Positions 35,827 through 44,693 of a stretch of 64,000 nucleotides of DNA are shown in pieces. This DNA comes from Terracidiphilus sp. GTDB taxonomy: Bacteria; Acidobacteriota; Terriglobia; Terriglobales; Acidobacteriaceae. The notes below the pieces were generated by a model. The model was not told where the DNA came from. It was given only the letters and a program-made list of their open reading frames with translations, and did not search any database. The position numbers and the translations under genes were made by a program. Every line of letters starts with the position of its first letter. Positions within the stretch are counted from its first letter, which is position 1. The stretch lies in assembly GCA_035317045.1 (NCBI GenBank), contig DATHHT010000017.1, one strand, 5' to 3'.

Positions 35827-38244
35827 CTACTCGGAGCGCAGGGCTTCGACGGGATCGACGGAGGCGGCGCGAACGGCGGGGATGCTGACAGCGAGAAGGG
35901 TTACCAAGATGAGGGCGGAGATGGAAATTCCGAGCGAGAGGGGATCGGTGGGGCTGGTCTGGAAGAGCAGGCCATTGATAAGGCGGGCACCGAGGAAGCC
36001 GGCGAGAAGACCGGCGCAGATGCCGATTCCAGTGGATCCGGCAGCCTGACGCAGGATGAGTCGAAGGATGTCGCCGCGATTGGCGCCAATGGCCATGCGG
36101 ACGCCGATTTCGCGCGTGCGCTGGGCGACGGAGTAGGAGAGAACGCCAAAGGATCCGATGGCGGCGAGCAGGAGAGTGATGAGCGCGAAGGAGCCGAGAA
36201 GCGTGGCAGTCATGCGCTGGCGCGCGACGGAGTCAGCAAGGACTGTGTCGATGTCTTCGACGTGATAGACGGGCTGGGTGGGATCGGCGGCGAGGACTGC
36301 ATTCCGAACCAGCGTTGCAGCCGCGTCGGGGGCGAGTGAGGAGCGGACGAGGAGGACGGCGTGAAGGCCGAATCCGGGGAGGTAGATTTCCGGCTCAGGA
36401 TCAGTGTCGATGCCGAGGTCGCGAGCATTGGAGACTACGCCAACGACGGGAATCTTACTCGGAGCGGGACTCATGACGCCGATGAGAATGTTGGCGCCGA
36501 TGGGATCTCTTGCGGAGAGATAGTGGCGCGCAAATGCTTCGTTGACGACGAAGAAGCCAGTAGTGCTGTCGATGTCGCCGCGGGTGAAGGTTCTGCCTTT
36601 GAGGAGGCTGATGCCCATGGTGCGGAAGTAGTCAGGGCTGACGAATCGGATCTGCGTATAAGGGAAGGTGCCGGGTGCGAGCGGGGGAGCGCTTTCGATG
36701 AGAAAGCGCGTCATCAACTGTGAAGGCCGGAGAGGAACTTGCGTGGTGGTGGCGGCGGAAAGGACTCCGCCTGACTGCGAGATTGTTTCGAGGACCTGCT
36801 CGTAGAAGCGATTGGTGAGAACGCTGTCGTTATAGCGGGGAGTGGGCAGAGTGATTTCGGCAGTGAGGACGTGATCGGTACGGAAGCCGGGATCGATGGC
36901 AATCAACTTTTGAAAGCTGCGGACAACGAGCGAACTGAGAAAAACGACGACGACTGCGATGGCGATTTCGGCGGTTACGAGAATAGCGCGGCCGCGATGG
37001 CTGTGACTGCTGCTGCGATCGCCGGAACGGAGGACATCGACCAGTGGTGAGGATGTGCGGGCAGCGGGGAGAAGTCCAAAGAGGAACGCCGTGAGCGTGC
37101 ATATGGCGAGGGTGAACAGCAGCACAGGAAGATTGAGGCCGATGGATTGGAGGAGCGATTCGTCGAAGCCTTCGGTATGGGCGAGCGCTACGTGTAGAAG
37201 AGGAAGGGCTACGGAGGCCAACAGAACGCCGAGCGATCCGCCGAGCAGGGAGAGCACTAGCGTCTGGACGAGGAACTGGCGGAAAAGATGCTGGCGGTCG
37301 GCGCCCAGTGCCTGGCGGACTGCTACTTCGCGTCGGCTCTCGGTGGCGCGCACCAGGAGGAGATTGGCGACATTGACGCATGCGACGATGAGCACGAGAA
37401 CAACCGCGCCCATGAGGCACAGCATGGCGGGACGGAGCGTGCTGACGAGGTCATCGTGCAGCGGGGCGAGTGCGACGCCTTCATTGCGGTTGGTGGCGGG
37501 ATAAGCGGCAGAGAGGCGCTGCGCAATGGTCTGCATGTCAGCACGCGCGGCAGAGAGAGAGGCGCCGGGACGCAGACGGCCGAGAACTTTAACTGAGTGC
37601 CAGACGCGCGATGCCTGGGTGGGTTGGTCGAGGAGTGAGAGGGGCAGCCACACTTCACCATCCGCCGGGAACGACGCATTCGATGGGAGCACGCCGATGA
37701 GCGTGTAGTTGGTGCCGTTCAAAGAGAGAGACCGGCCGATGGCGCCGGGATCACGTCCAAAGTAGGTAGCCCAAGCGGATGCGCTGAGAACTGCGACGTG
37801 ATCTTTGCCGGTGATGTCGTCCTGACTGTTGAAGAGGCGACCGGCGAGGGGAGAGACACCGAGGAGCGAAAAGAAATTGCCGGAGGCCAGCACGCGATGC
37901 ACCTGTGCCGGCTTGCCATCGAGCAGAAGAGAAACGGATTCCGGGTTGAGGGTTGTGTAGGCGGCAACCTGGCTGAAGCTGATCTGCTGTTTGCGCCAAT
38001 CGAGATAGTCGAGGTAGGTGGCTTCGCTGCCGCCCTTCACCTGCGAGTTGGTTTCGGAGATGGTGATGATGCTGTGCTCATCCTGGAAGGGAAGAGATTT
38101 GAGGAGAAGGCCATAGACGCAACTGAAGATGGCGGTGGTGGCTCCGATGCCGAGCGCCAGGGTGAGAACAACCGTGATGGCGAATGCGGGAGATTTGCGG
38201 AGTTGACGGGCGGCATAGCGAAGATCGCGCAGAAGGGTTTGCAT
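35827..38244 (-). CDS. ADOP-family (acidobacterial duplicated orphan) ABC permease
   Basis: LRYAARQLRKSPAF...LALGIGATTAIFS; two MacB/FtsX repeats; QRTREIGVRMAIGA; DPVEALRSE. Confidence 0.93.
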   Translation of the reverse strand: MQTLLRDLRYAARQLRKSPAFAITVVLTLALGIGATTAIFSCVYGLLLKSLPFQDEHSIITISETNSQVKGGSEATYLDYLDWRKQQISFSQVAAYTTLNPESVSLLLDGKPAQVHRVLASGNFFSLLGVSPLAGRLFNSQDDITGKDHVAVLSASAWATYFGRDPGAIGRSLSLNGTNYTLIGVLPSNASFPADGEVWLPLSLLDQPTQASRVWHSVKVLGRLRPGASLSAARADMQTIAQRLSAAYPATNRNEGVALAPLHDDLVSTLRPAMLCLMGAVVLVLIVACVNVANLLLVRATESRREVAVRQALGADRQHLFRQFLVQTLVLSLLGGSLGVLLASVALPLLHVALAHTEGFDESLLQSIGLNLPVLLFTLAICTLTAFLFGLLPAARTSSPLVDVLRSGDRSSSHSHRGRAILVTAEIAIAVVVVFLSSLVVRSFQKLIAIDPGFRTDHVLTAEITLPTPRYNDSVLTNRFYEQVLETISQSGGVLSAATTTQVPLRPSQLMTRFLIESAPPLAPGTFPYTQIRFVSPDYFRTMGISLLKGRTFTRGDIDSTTGFFVVNEAFARHYLSARDPIGANILIGVMSPAPSKIPVVGVVSNARDLGIDTDPEPEIYLPGFGLHAVLLVRSSLAPDAAATLVRNAVLAADPTQPVYHVEDIDTVLADSVARQRMTATLLGSFALITLLLAAIGSFGVLSYSVAQRTREIGVRMAIGANRGDILRLILRQAAGSTGIGICAGLLAGFLGARLINGLLFQTSPTDPLSLGISISALILVTLLAVSIPAVRAASVDPVEALRSE

Positions 38245-38433
38245 CGCTGCTCCTGATAGGACGCGCAGATGTTTCTACGGTAATCGAAACGACGCGTTCT
38301 TAGGGGGAAAGTGACGGACGGCGGTTGGCGCGAGGCGAGCGGCGCGGGGCGTTTAAACAGTTCGAGAGAAACAGCAGTCGTGGATGTCGCTGCGCGACAC
38401 CCGGAAAGAACAAGAATCACTGTTGGTTAGATC

Positions 38434-38535
38434 GTGCTTTCCCACCCAAGCAGAGCTTGGATGGGGCACCCTCGTTCGTGCCGGTGTCTGAAATTTCACG
38501 GCAGATCCTTTGAATTCGCTCCACTCAGGAGGACG
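38434..38535 (+). repeat. Composite REP element, sister of 10626-10749
   Basis: gtgctttcccacccaagcagagcttggatggggcaccctcgttcgtgccggtgtctgaaatttcacggcagatcctt. Confidence 0.85.
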
Positions 38536-38544
38536 GGATTGAGC

Positions 38545-40062
38545 TCAGCACTTGCCGCTGGGGCGGACGGGGGAGCCTGATTCCTGTGTGGGCATGGTCT
38601 GCGTGGCTGGAAGGGTGAAGCCAGCGAAGCCGGCGAGGTTGTTGGTGCATTCGGTGAGGATGGACTGGAGGGCGGCGACGGTGGAGGGCAGTGAGGGGAT
38701 GGACGTGTCGGGCCTGGTGAAGTTGAAGGCGCTGGTCATGTCGCCAACAGTGGCGCGACGCCAGGCGGAGAGATTGGGAACTTCGGCGCCGAAGCGCGTT
38801 TCGAGGAAGCGCAAGACCGAGGTGTGGTCGAAGAGATCGGAGGAGATGAATCCGCCGCGAGTGAAGGGCGAAATGATGAACATGGGCACGCGGAAGCCGA
38901 GGCCGATGGGTCCGTTGATGGAACCTTCGACGGTGGGGTCGGGGACTGACGGTGCGGTGATGTATTCGCCGGCTGTACCCGGGGGCGCAGTGACGGGCGG
39001 GACGTGATCGAAGAAGCCGCCGTTTTCGTCGTAGGTGACGAAGAGGACGGTCTTCGCCCATGCGATTGGGTTGGCGGTCAGGGCTGTGATGATGGCGGAG
39101 AGCGTGTTCTCGCCGAAAAGCGAGGGCGATGGAGGATGGTCAGAGGTGATGACGGAGCCGGTGATCCACGAGACCTGCGGGAGATTGCCGGAGAGTGCAT
39201 CGGCAACAAAGTCGGTGGGGAACACAGGGTTGAATGCGTTCTTGTAGAGCGTTGTTGTCGTGTCCTGAAAAATCTTGAAGTAGGGGAGGACGTTGTCGGT
39301 TTCGAGAGAGCCGAATGCACTCTCGTCAGGGGTGGAGTAGATCTTCCACGAGATGCCGCGGGTCTGTAGCTGCTCGGGCATGGTGGTGTACGTGAGCTTG
39401 CCGAACATGGTGGCGCGATTAGAGACGAGCGTTTGCAGGAGCGGGCCTCCGTTTTTGCCATCGGGATCGATGGATGCGGCCATGGTGTAGAGACGATTGG
39501 GATCGGTGGGTCCGATGACGGAGCAGCAGTAGTTGTCGCAAAGGGTGAAGGCGTCGGCGACTGCGTAATAGTAGGGCAGGTCGGCGCGGGTGTAGTAGCC
39601 CATGGAAAGGACGGCGTCGTTCGCATTGATGGAGAGGCGCGAGGTGACGAAGCCATCCATCGCGCCGTTGTCCCAGCTTTGGTGCTGCGGGATCCAGTCG
39701 TGCGTGATGTCGTGTGTGCAGGCGGCGTTGGTCTGCGTGGTGTCGAGGTGGAAGGGCAGGAGCACGCCGGTGGGAGAGCTGGAAGTATTGCCGGGATAGG
39801 GCTGGTTGAAGGCTGCGCTCGCATCGGCGAATCCGCGAACACCGCGATAGCTGCCGAAGTAATGATCGAAGGAGCGATTTTCCTGGATGAAGATGACCAC
39901 GTGATCGATGTCGGTGATTTTGGCGCAGGTGGAGGTTCCGGGAGGTGTGGGTACGGCGGGGCGTCCGCCGCAACTGTTGAGCAGGGAGCCGGTAAGGCCT
40001 GCCGCTCCGGTTGCGGCTGCGATTTTCAATATTTCGCGACGGGTTAATCGTTTGGGTGGCAT
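38545..40062 (-). CDS. Phosphoesterase / phospholipase C-family protein with Tat-lipoprotein signal
   Basis: TRREIL twin-Arg; LLNSC lipobox; HVVIFIQENRSFDHYFG, TDPNRLY, YDENGGFFDHV. Confidence 0.9.
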   Translation of the reverse strand: MPPKRLTRREILKIAAATGAAGLTGSLLNSCGGRPAVPTPPGTSTCAKITDIDHVVIFIQENRSFDHYFGSYRGVRGFADASAAFNQPYPGNTSSSPTGVLLPFHLDTTQTNAACTHDITHDWIPQHQSWDNGAMDGFVTSRLSINANDAVLSMGYYTRADLPYYYAVADAFTLCDNYCCSVIGPTDPNRLYTMAASIDPDGKNGGPLLQTLVSNRATMFGKLTYTTMPEQLQTRGISWKIYSTPDESAFGSLETDNVLPYFKIFQDTTTTLYKNAFNPVFPTDFVADALSGNLPQVSWITGSVITSDHPPSPSLFGENTLSAIITALTANPIAWAKTVLFVTYDENGGFFDHVPPVTAPPGTAGEYITAPSVPDPTVEGSINGPIGLGFRVPMFIISPFTRGGFISSDLFDHTSVLRFLETRFGAEVPNLSAWRRATVGDMTSAFNFTRPDTSIPSLPSTVAALQSILTECTNNLAGFAGFTLPATQTMPTQESGSPVRPSGKC

Positions 40063-40193
40063 TGAGTATCGACGTCCCACTTAACTAGGATGCTGATTGG
40101 ACCATGGGAAGCGTTATTGGTGAGGTGTGCAGGGGGCCTGCGAACTTTTTTGGGGGATGATTGGGATTCAGTTTTGGAGAGAGGGCAGTAAAA

Positions 40194-40389
40194 GCAGTCC
40201 TTCGCGCCGCTTACCCCACTCTGTGAGACCCCAAGCGTGCGCGGCTCAGGATGACACGGGCTGGGTTTGTCCAACGGCTGGGGTGTGTTCGTGCTTTCCC
40301 ACCCTTGCTTCGCAAGGATGGGGCACCCGGCAACGGCTGGGGTGGGTTCGTGCTTTCCCAGCCTTGCTTCGCAAGGATGGGGCACCCGG
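40194..40389 (+). repeat. REP cluster with a 59-bp tandem duplication
   Basis: CAGGATGACAC-type element at 40194-40257; units 40272-40330 and 40331-40389 differ at 2 nt. Confidence 0.9.
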
Positions 40390-40391
40390 CT

Positions 40392-41579
40392 TCAACTCGA
40401 CATGATGAGTTTTGGGACGCGGGATTCGGGGGGCGGGAGTGCTGGGAAGTCGGCGTGGGGCTCGGTCTGGTACCAGTAGGCGACGGAGTAGAAGTCGTCG
40501 GCACGGTCGTTGGCGTGGCCGTGTTCGATCGTGACCTTGATGGACTTGTCGAAGGTGATGAAGCTCTCGGTGTGCCAGCGGTAGAGGCAATAGCGGCCGC
40601 CGGTGCGTTCCGGGTCGATGATGTAGGGCGCGCCCTGGCGGAGATTGGCGAAGGCGTTGCCGTAGAAATCCCATGCGCCGTTGTAATAGTCCTCGGTACC
40701 GGTGCCGTCGATGGTGGGCTGTGAGTCGCCATCGATGAAGAACATATCGTCGCCTTCGCCGAACCAGCCGTCGGCGTTTTGGAGGACGCCGTGGGTGACG
40801 CCGACGAAGTGTCCGCGACCGGTGGCTTCGAGGAAGACGTAGTTGTCATGGCCGTTGAGATTTTTGCCGCTGGCGTTGGCGGATTTTTTGCACGGCGCGG
40901 CTTGGCGATATTGAGCGTGGAAGCGGCCGAGGTTAGCTGGTAATGCAGAGACGGCGGTGTAATCGATGGCGTAGTAGAGATTGTTGGTTCGGACTTTGCC
41001 CTCGTTGCTGATGGTGATTCTGGCAGCGGTGTCGAAGGGCATCTGGAAGTAGGCGTTGAGGGCCTTCATGGGAGCGACGACGAGCAGCGCGGACTGGTAG
41101 ACGAAATAGTCGCCGAGCATGAGGCCGTAGAAGTCGCCGATTGGAGCTTCGATGGAGGGAGAAGATTCGCCGTCCCACCATGCGCGGAGGACGAGATTCT
41201 TGAGATGCATGTGGTCATCGGAGTTGATGGTGAACCAGATGTGTGTGATGACGCCGGGACCCTTGACGTCGAGCAAGGTGGCGGTGGCGCCGGGATCGAG
41301 GGGGATGAAGTCGCCGTTGCCGCCGGTGCGATCCCAACTAGAGGAGCGGCGACATTTGTAGTCGCGCAGGCGGGCCATGGAGACGAGGGCGTCGGGCGCT
41401 GACGGCAGAGTGGGAGCGGGCGGTTCGGCCTCTTTTTTTGTGGTAGCGGCAGAGGATGTGGCGGCGTCGAGGCCGAAGAGGGCGCCGGCGGCGGCGAGGG
41501 TGCCGAGCATTTTGCGGCGAGTGGGAGCGGCGGTGGTGTCGGTGTTGGCGAGATTGTCGGAGGGAATTTCGCTGGACAT
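40392..41579 (-). CDS. DUF2961 (GH172-like) glycoside hydrolase with Tat signal
   Basis: TRRKMLG; SSWDRTGGNGD, GPGVITHIW, WFGEGD, GTGTEDYY, IEHG. Confidence 0.88.
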   Translation of the reverse strand: MSSEIPSDNLANTDTTAAPTRRKMLGTLAAAGALFGLDAATSSAATTKKEAEPPAPTLPSAPDALVSMARLRDYKCRRSSSWDRTGGNGDFIPLDPGATATLLDVKGPGVITHIWFTINSDDHMHLKNLVLRAWWDGESSPSIEAPIGDFYGLMLGDYFVYQSALLVVAPMKALNAYFQMPFDTAARITISNEGKVRTNNLYYAIDYTAVSALPANLGRFHAQYRQAAPCKKSANASGKNLNGHDNYVFLEATGRGHFVGVTHGVLQNADGWFGEGDDMFFIDGDSQPTIDGTGTEDYYNGAWDFYGNAFANLRQGAPYIIDPERTGGRYCLYRWHTESFITFDKSIKVTIEHGHANDRADDFYSVAYWYQTEPHADFPALPPPESRVPKLIMSS

Positions 41580-41717
41580 GGTGCTGCTCCTTGAATAGAG
41601 GAGGAGATTGTTGTGCTCGGCTGCGTGTCTGGCGCAGTTTGAAAAGACTCTCCAATATAGCAGGGCGGTGCGGTCGTTGATTTGTTTCGAAATGTGTGCG
41701 CAACAGCAAATGCAAAG

Positions 41718-41761
41718 GCAACTGCGGGTTCCTCGACTCCCGTTGGTCGCTCGGAACGACA
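41718..41761 (+). repeat. GCGGGTTCCTCGACTCCCGTTGGTCGCTCGGAACGACA REP
   Basis: Near-identical to 42543 and 63673. Confidence 0.85.
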
Positions 41762-41819
41762 GTGCATTTTGGTTTTGAGCTTTTCAGCTTTAGCCGACGG
41801 TTGAGAGATCGAAGGAAAA

Positions 41820-42356
41820 CTATCGTCTACGTGCGGCGAGGTAGGTGTCGATCGATCGTTGCCAATCTTTCGCGGCGGTTTTGTCGGTGGCGGTGAATGT
41901 GGTGACGTGGTCGTTGCCCTCAGATGTCAGGGCGGTGCGGGTGTAGGCGACGTAAACCTGGGTAGTGGCTGAATTGGAGGACGTGAAACGCACGTCGATT
42001 GTCGTGACCATGATGTCGGGGATGAAGTAGGCGTAGATGAAGTGACGAGCTTGGAGATCGAAGAGCGTATTAACCCAGAGGTCGGTGGCGGAGCCGTGAC
42101 GGACAGTGAAGACGGCGCCTTGTTCGTCGTGCGCGGGCTGGGGGTAGAGAAATTGCGGGTTCCAGTGTTTGCCGGCCCAGGAACGTTCGCCTTCGGGGCC
42201 GAAGAGCGGCGCTGCTTCGGCATACGGCAGGTTAACTACGATGTCGAAAGCGGTTTGGGTTCGCAGGAGTCGCGGTGATGGGGGTTGGGCGAGTGCGGAT
42301 GCGCTGATGGCGGTTGCGGCGGCGATGATCGCGCCGGCGGCGTGGTTGAGTTTCAT
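41820..42356 (-). CDS. Secreted hypothetical protein, possibly SRPBCC-like fold
   Basis: Signal peptide MKLNHAAGAIIAAATAISASALA; FGPEGERSWAGKHWNP. Confidence 0.75.
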   Translation of the reverse strand: MKLNHAAGAIIAAATAISASALAQPPSPRLLRTQTAFDIVVNLPYAEAAPLFGPEGERSWAGKHWNPQFLYPQPAHDEQGAVFTVRHGSATDLWVNTLFDLQARHFIYAYFIPDIMVTTIDVRFTSSNSATTQVYVAYTRTALTSEGNDHVTTFTATDKTAAKDWQRSIDTYLAARRR

Positions 42357-42395
42357 TATTTGCAACTCCTTTGGCGAGCGAACAAACGGATCCTT

Positions 42396-42586
42396 GCAAC
42401 GCAGCCGGGTTCAGTCCGGCCCTACGGGGCGGAAAGATCTGTGGCCAATTGAATTCCCTGATTTCATCCTTGGCTATTTTCGATTGCTCCCTCCGGGAGC
42501 CTTTATTCGCAGTAGAAATGCGACGCGAGAGCGAAGACAAAGGCAACCGCAGGTTCCTCGACTCCCGTTGGTCGCTCGGAATGACA
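42396..42586 (+). repeat. CCCAGGG-type REP (degenerate) plus a GGAATGACA REP
   Basis: cggccctacggggcgg shared with 23271; gcaggttcctcgactcccgttggtcgctcggaatgaca at about 42550-42586. Confidence 0.75.
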
Positions 42587-42651
42587 ATCTGTGGAAGGCA
42601 AGTTCCGGAGCACTAGCGGCTTGAGACATGGAGCAAGCTCATGGTTGGAAA

Positions 42652-42927
42652 TCATCGTTTGCGCTCCTTGAGGTGATGGCTGTCAGAGGCTTTGAGGGAC
42701 ATGCCGTAGAGGGATTTGAACTGCTCGATCTCTTTCAGGGTCTGCGGCGAGAAGGGTGCTTTGCCTTCGAAGGCGTGAAGGACGATGCCCTCTATGAGAT
42801 CGCCGAGGGTCATGTCTTTTTGTTCGGCGATTGCTTTGAGGACCTTGAGCATGCGCTTTTCGAGGCGAACGCCGGTCTGGACGCGCTCGACTTCGACGAG
42901 AGGATGATCTTGCTTTTCCTGTACCAT
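42652..42927 (-). CDS. Small ribbon-helix-helix-like DNA-binding protein
   Basis: ERVQTGVRLEKRMLKVLKAIAEQKDMTLGDLIEGIV fits the strand-helix-helix RHH pattern. Confidence 0.7.
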   Translation of the reverse strand: MVQEKQDHPLVEVERVQTGVRLEKRMLKVLKAIAEQKDMTLGDLIEGIVLHAFEGKAPFSPQTLKEIEQFKSLYGMSLKASDSHHLKERKR

Positions 42928-42938
42928 TGGTACCAATG
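42925..42938. promoter_or_regulatory. Perfect 14-bp palindrome over the start codon and -10
   Basis: CATTGGTACCAATG. Confidence 0.6.
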
Positions 42939-43030
42939 TACCAAAATACACAGGTGTGCGCAAGAAGATTGCGAGATGACCGTTGTGGCAAGCCGCGGCT
43001 TGGCACCAGGCGAGGTCACGAAGAACTGAA

Positions 43031-43153
43031 GCAGATCCTTCGCTCACCACTCCCAAACTGAACTGCGTTTGGGGCCCCGTTCTTTCAGGATGACACCGCT
43101 GATGCCACCCGAAACGGAAAGCGTTCGGGGCCCGTGCTTGGGATGACACCGCT
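43031..43153 (+). repeat. REP with a tandem second unit ending GATGACACCGCT
   Basis: gcagatccttcgctcaccactcccaaactgaactgcgtttggggcccc...caggatgacaccgct...gggatgacaccgct. Confidence 0.8.
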
Positions 43154-43263
43154 TTCTTTCGCAACGTGCGATGGACGCGAGCTGGTCACTCGCCAATCGG
43201 CGGTCCGCCTGTTATGGTCGTGAAGGCAGAAGAAAAATGACCCCACCCTAGGAACCCGCAGCC

Positions 43264-44514
43264 ATGTGGAAGCGCTGGCGAATCCGGATACTGCTGTTCC
43301 TGGCCGTTCTCGGCCCCGGATTTATTACAGCCAACGTCGATAACGATTCGGGTGGCATCCTTACCTATTCCCAGGCAGGCGCGCAGTACGGTTACAGCCT
43401 GCTGTGGACCATCATTCCAATTACGATTGCGCTGATTGTGGTGCAGGAGATGTGCGCCCGCATGGGCGTGGTCACGGGCAAGGGTCTGAGCGACCTGATC
43501 CGCGAAGAGTTTGGCCTGCGCCTGACCTTCGTGCTGATGCTGCTGCTGGTGTTTGTGAACTACACGAACGTGGTGACGGAGTTCATCGGCATCGCGGGAT
43601 CGCTGCACCTGTTTCACGTGACCAAGTTCATCTCCGTGCCCCTGTGTGCGTTGCTGGTGTGGTTCATGGTTGTGAAAGGGAACTACAAGAGCACGGAAAA
43701 GATTTTCCTTGTCGCTTCGGTGGTCTATATTGCGTACATTTTTGCCGGGGTTCTGTCGCAGCCGAGCTGGAGCCAGGCACTTCATGCAACCATCCAGTTG
43801 CCCGGACGCAGCGTGTGGCACGACAAGGCGTACATCTACATGGCCATCGGGATTGTAGGCACAACGATCGCGCCGTGGATGCAGTTTTATCTGCAGTCGT
43901 CGATTGTGGAGAAGGGCATTCGCGTGAAGGATTACGGGGCCTCGCGGCTTGACGTAATTGTGGGGAGCTTCTTCACGGATATTGTGGCGTGGTTCATTAT
44001 TGTGGCGTGCGCGGCCACGCTTTTTGTGCATGGGATGGGCGCAATCCAGGTAGCGGCGGATGCAGCGGAGGCGATGCGGCCTCTGGCGGGCGACTACGCA
44101 TTTCTTCTTTTCGCATTCGGATTATTCAACGCATCCCTGTTTGCGGCTTCGATTCTTCCACTGTCGACGGCGTACACAGTGTGCGAGGGCCTTGGATTCG
44201 AGTCGGGTGTGGATAAGAGTTTCAAAGAGGCGCCGACGTTCTACTGGCTCTATACGCTGCTGATCGCGGGGGGCGCGGTGACAGTGTTGATGCTGCCGGA
44301 TGCGCAGCTAATCAACTTTGCGATTCTGTCGCAGGTATTGAATGGCGTGCTGTTGCCGGTTGTGATCATTTTGATGCTGATGCTGATCAACCGTCAGGAC
44401 CTGATGGGCAAACACCGCAATTCGCACGTGTGGAACGTGGTGGCGTGGAGCACCAGCATTATCGTGATCGGGATGACGGGAGTGATGCTTTGGGGGATGA
44501 TTCCGGGGCACTAG
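43264..44514 (+). CDS. NRAMP-related divalent metal transporter (NrmT/Mg2+-type clade)
   Basis: GPGFITANVDNDSGG and GTTIAPWMQF replace the canonical DPGN and MPH motifs; about 11 TM. Confidence 0.88.
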   Translation: MWKRWRIRILLFLAVLGPGFITANVDNDSGGILTYSQAGAQYGYSLLWTIIPITIALIVVQEMCARMGVVTGKGLSDLIREEFGLRLTFVLMLLLVFVNYTNVVTEFIGIAGSLHLFHVTKFISVPLCALLVWFMVVKGNYKSTEKIFLVASVVYIAYIFAGVLSQPSWSQALHATIQLPGRSVWHDKAYIYMAIGIVGTTIAPWMQFYLQSSIVEKGIRVKDYGASRLDVIVGSFFTDIVAWFIIVACAATLFVHGMGAIQVAADAAEAMRPLAGDYAFLLFAFGLFNASLFAASILPLSTAYTVCEGLGFESGVDKSFKEAPTFYWLYTLLIAGGAVTVLMLPDAQLINFAILSQVLNGVLLPVVIILMLMLINRQDLMGKHRNSHVWNVVAWSTSIIVIGMTGVMLWGMIPGH

Positions 44515-44516
44515 AT

Positions 44517-44660
44517 GCAGTGGTCAATGAACAGTGGTCAGTTTTGAAAGAAGCTTTCAGGCTTCAGCTATCAGCTTTATCGAGGTAAAGCTACAGCAAT
44601 GGCACTCCTCGGGGATTTACCGGCCACGGACAAAGAGCTGACGGCTGATAGCTGATCGCT
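44517..44660. repeat. Heptamer arrays, including the inverted pair TCAGCTA / TAGCTGA
   Basis: cagtggtcaatgaacagtggtcag; ttcaggcttcagctatcagc ... gctgacggctgatagctgatc. Confidence 0.65.
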
Positions 44661-44693
44661 ACTCGGGGATATCGGGATGGCAGGGGGCATTCG

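Noticed and set aside
42928-43164. 170-aa version of the RHH ORF
   Set aside because: The extension runs through REP sequence (CHPER...); a -10 supports the start at 42927.
43150-43236. M-box or yybP-ykoY riboswitch before the NRAMP gene
   Set aside because: The space after the REP is too short for an M-box and no recognisable conserved aptamer nucleotides are present.
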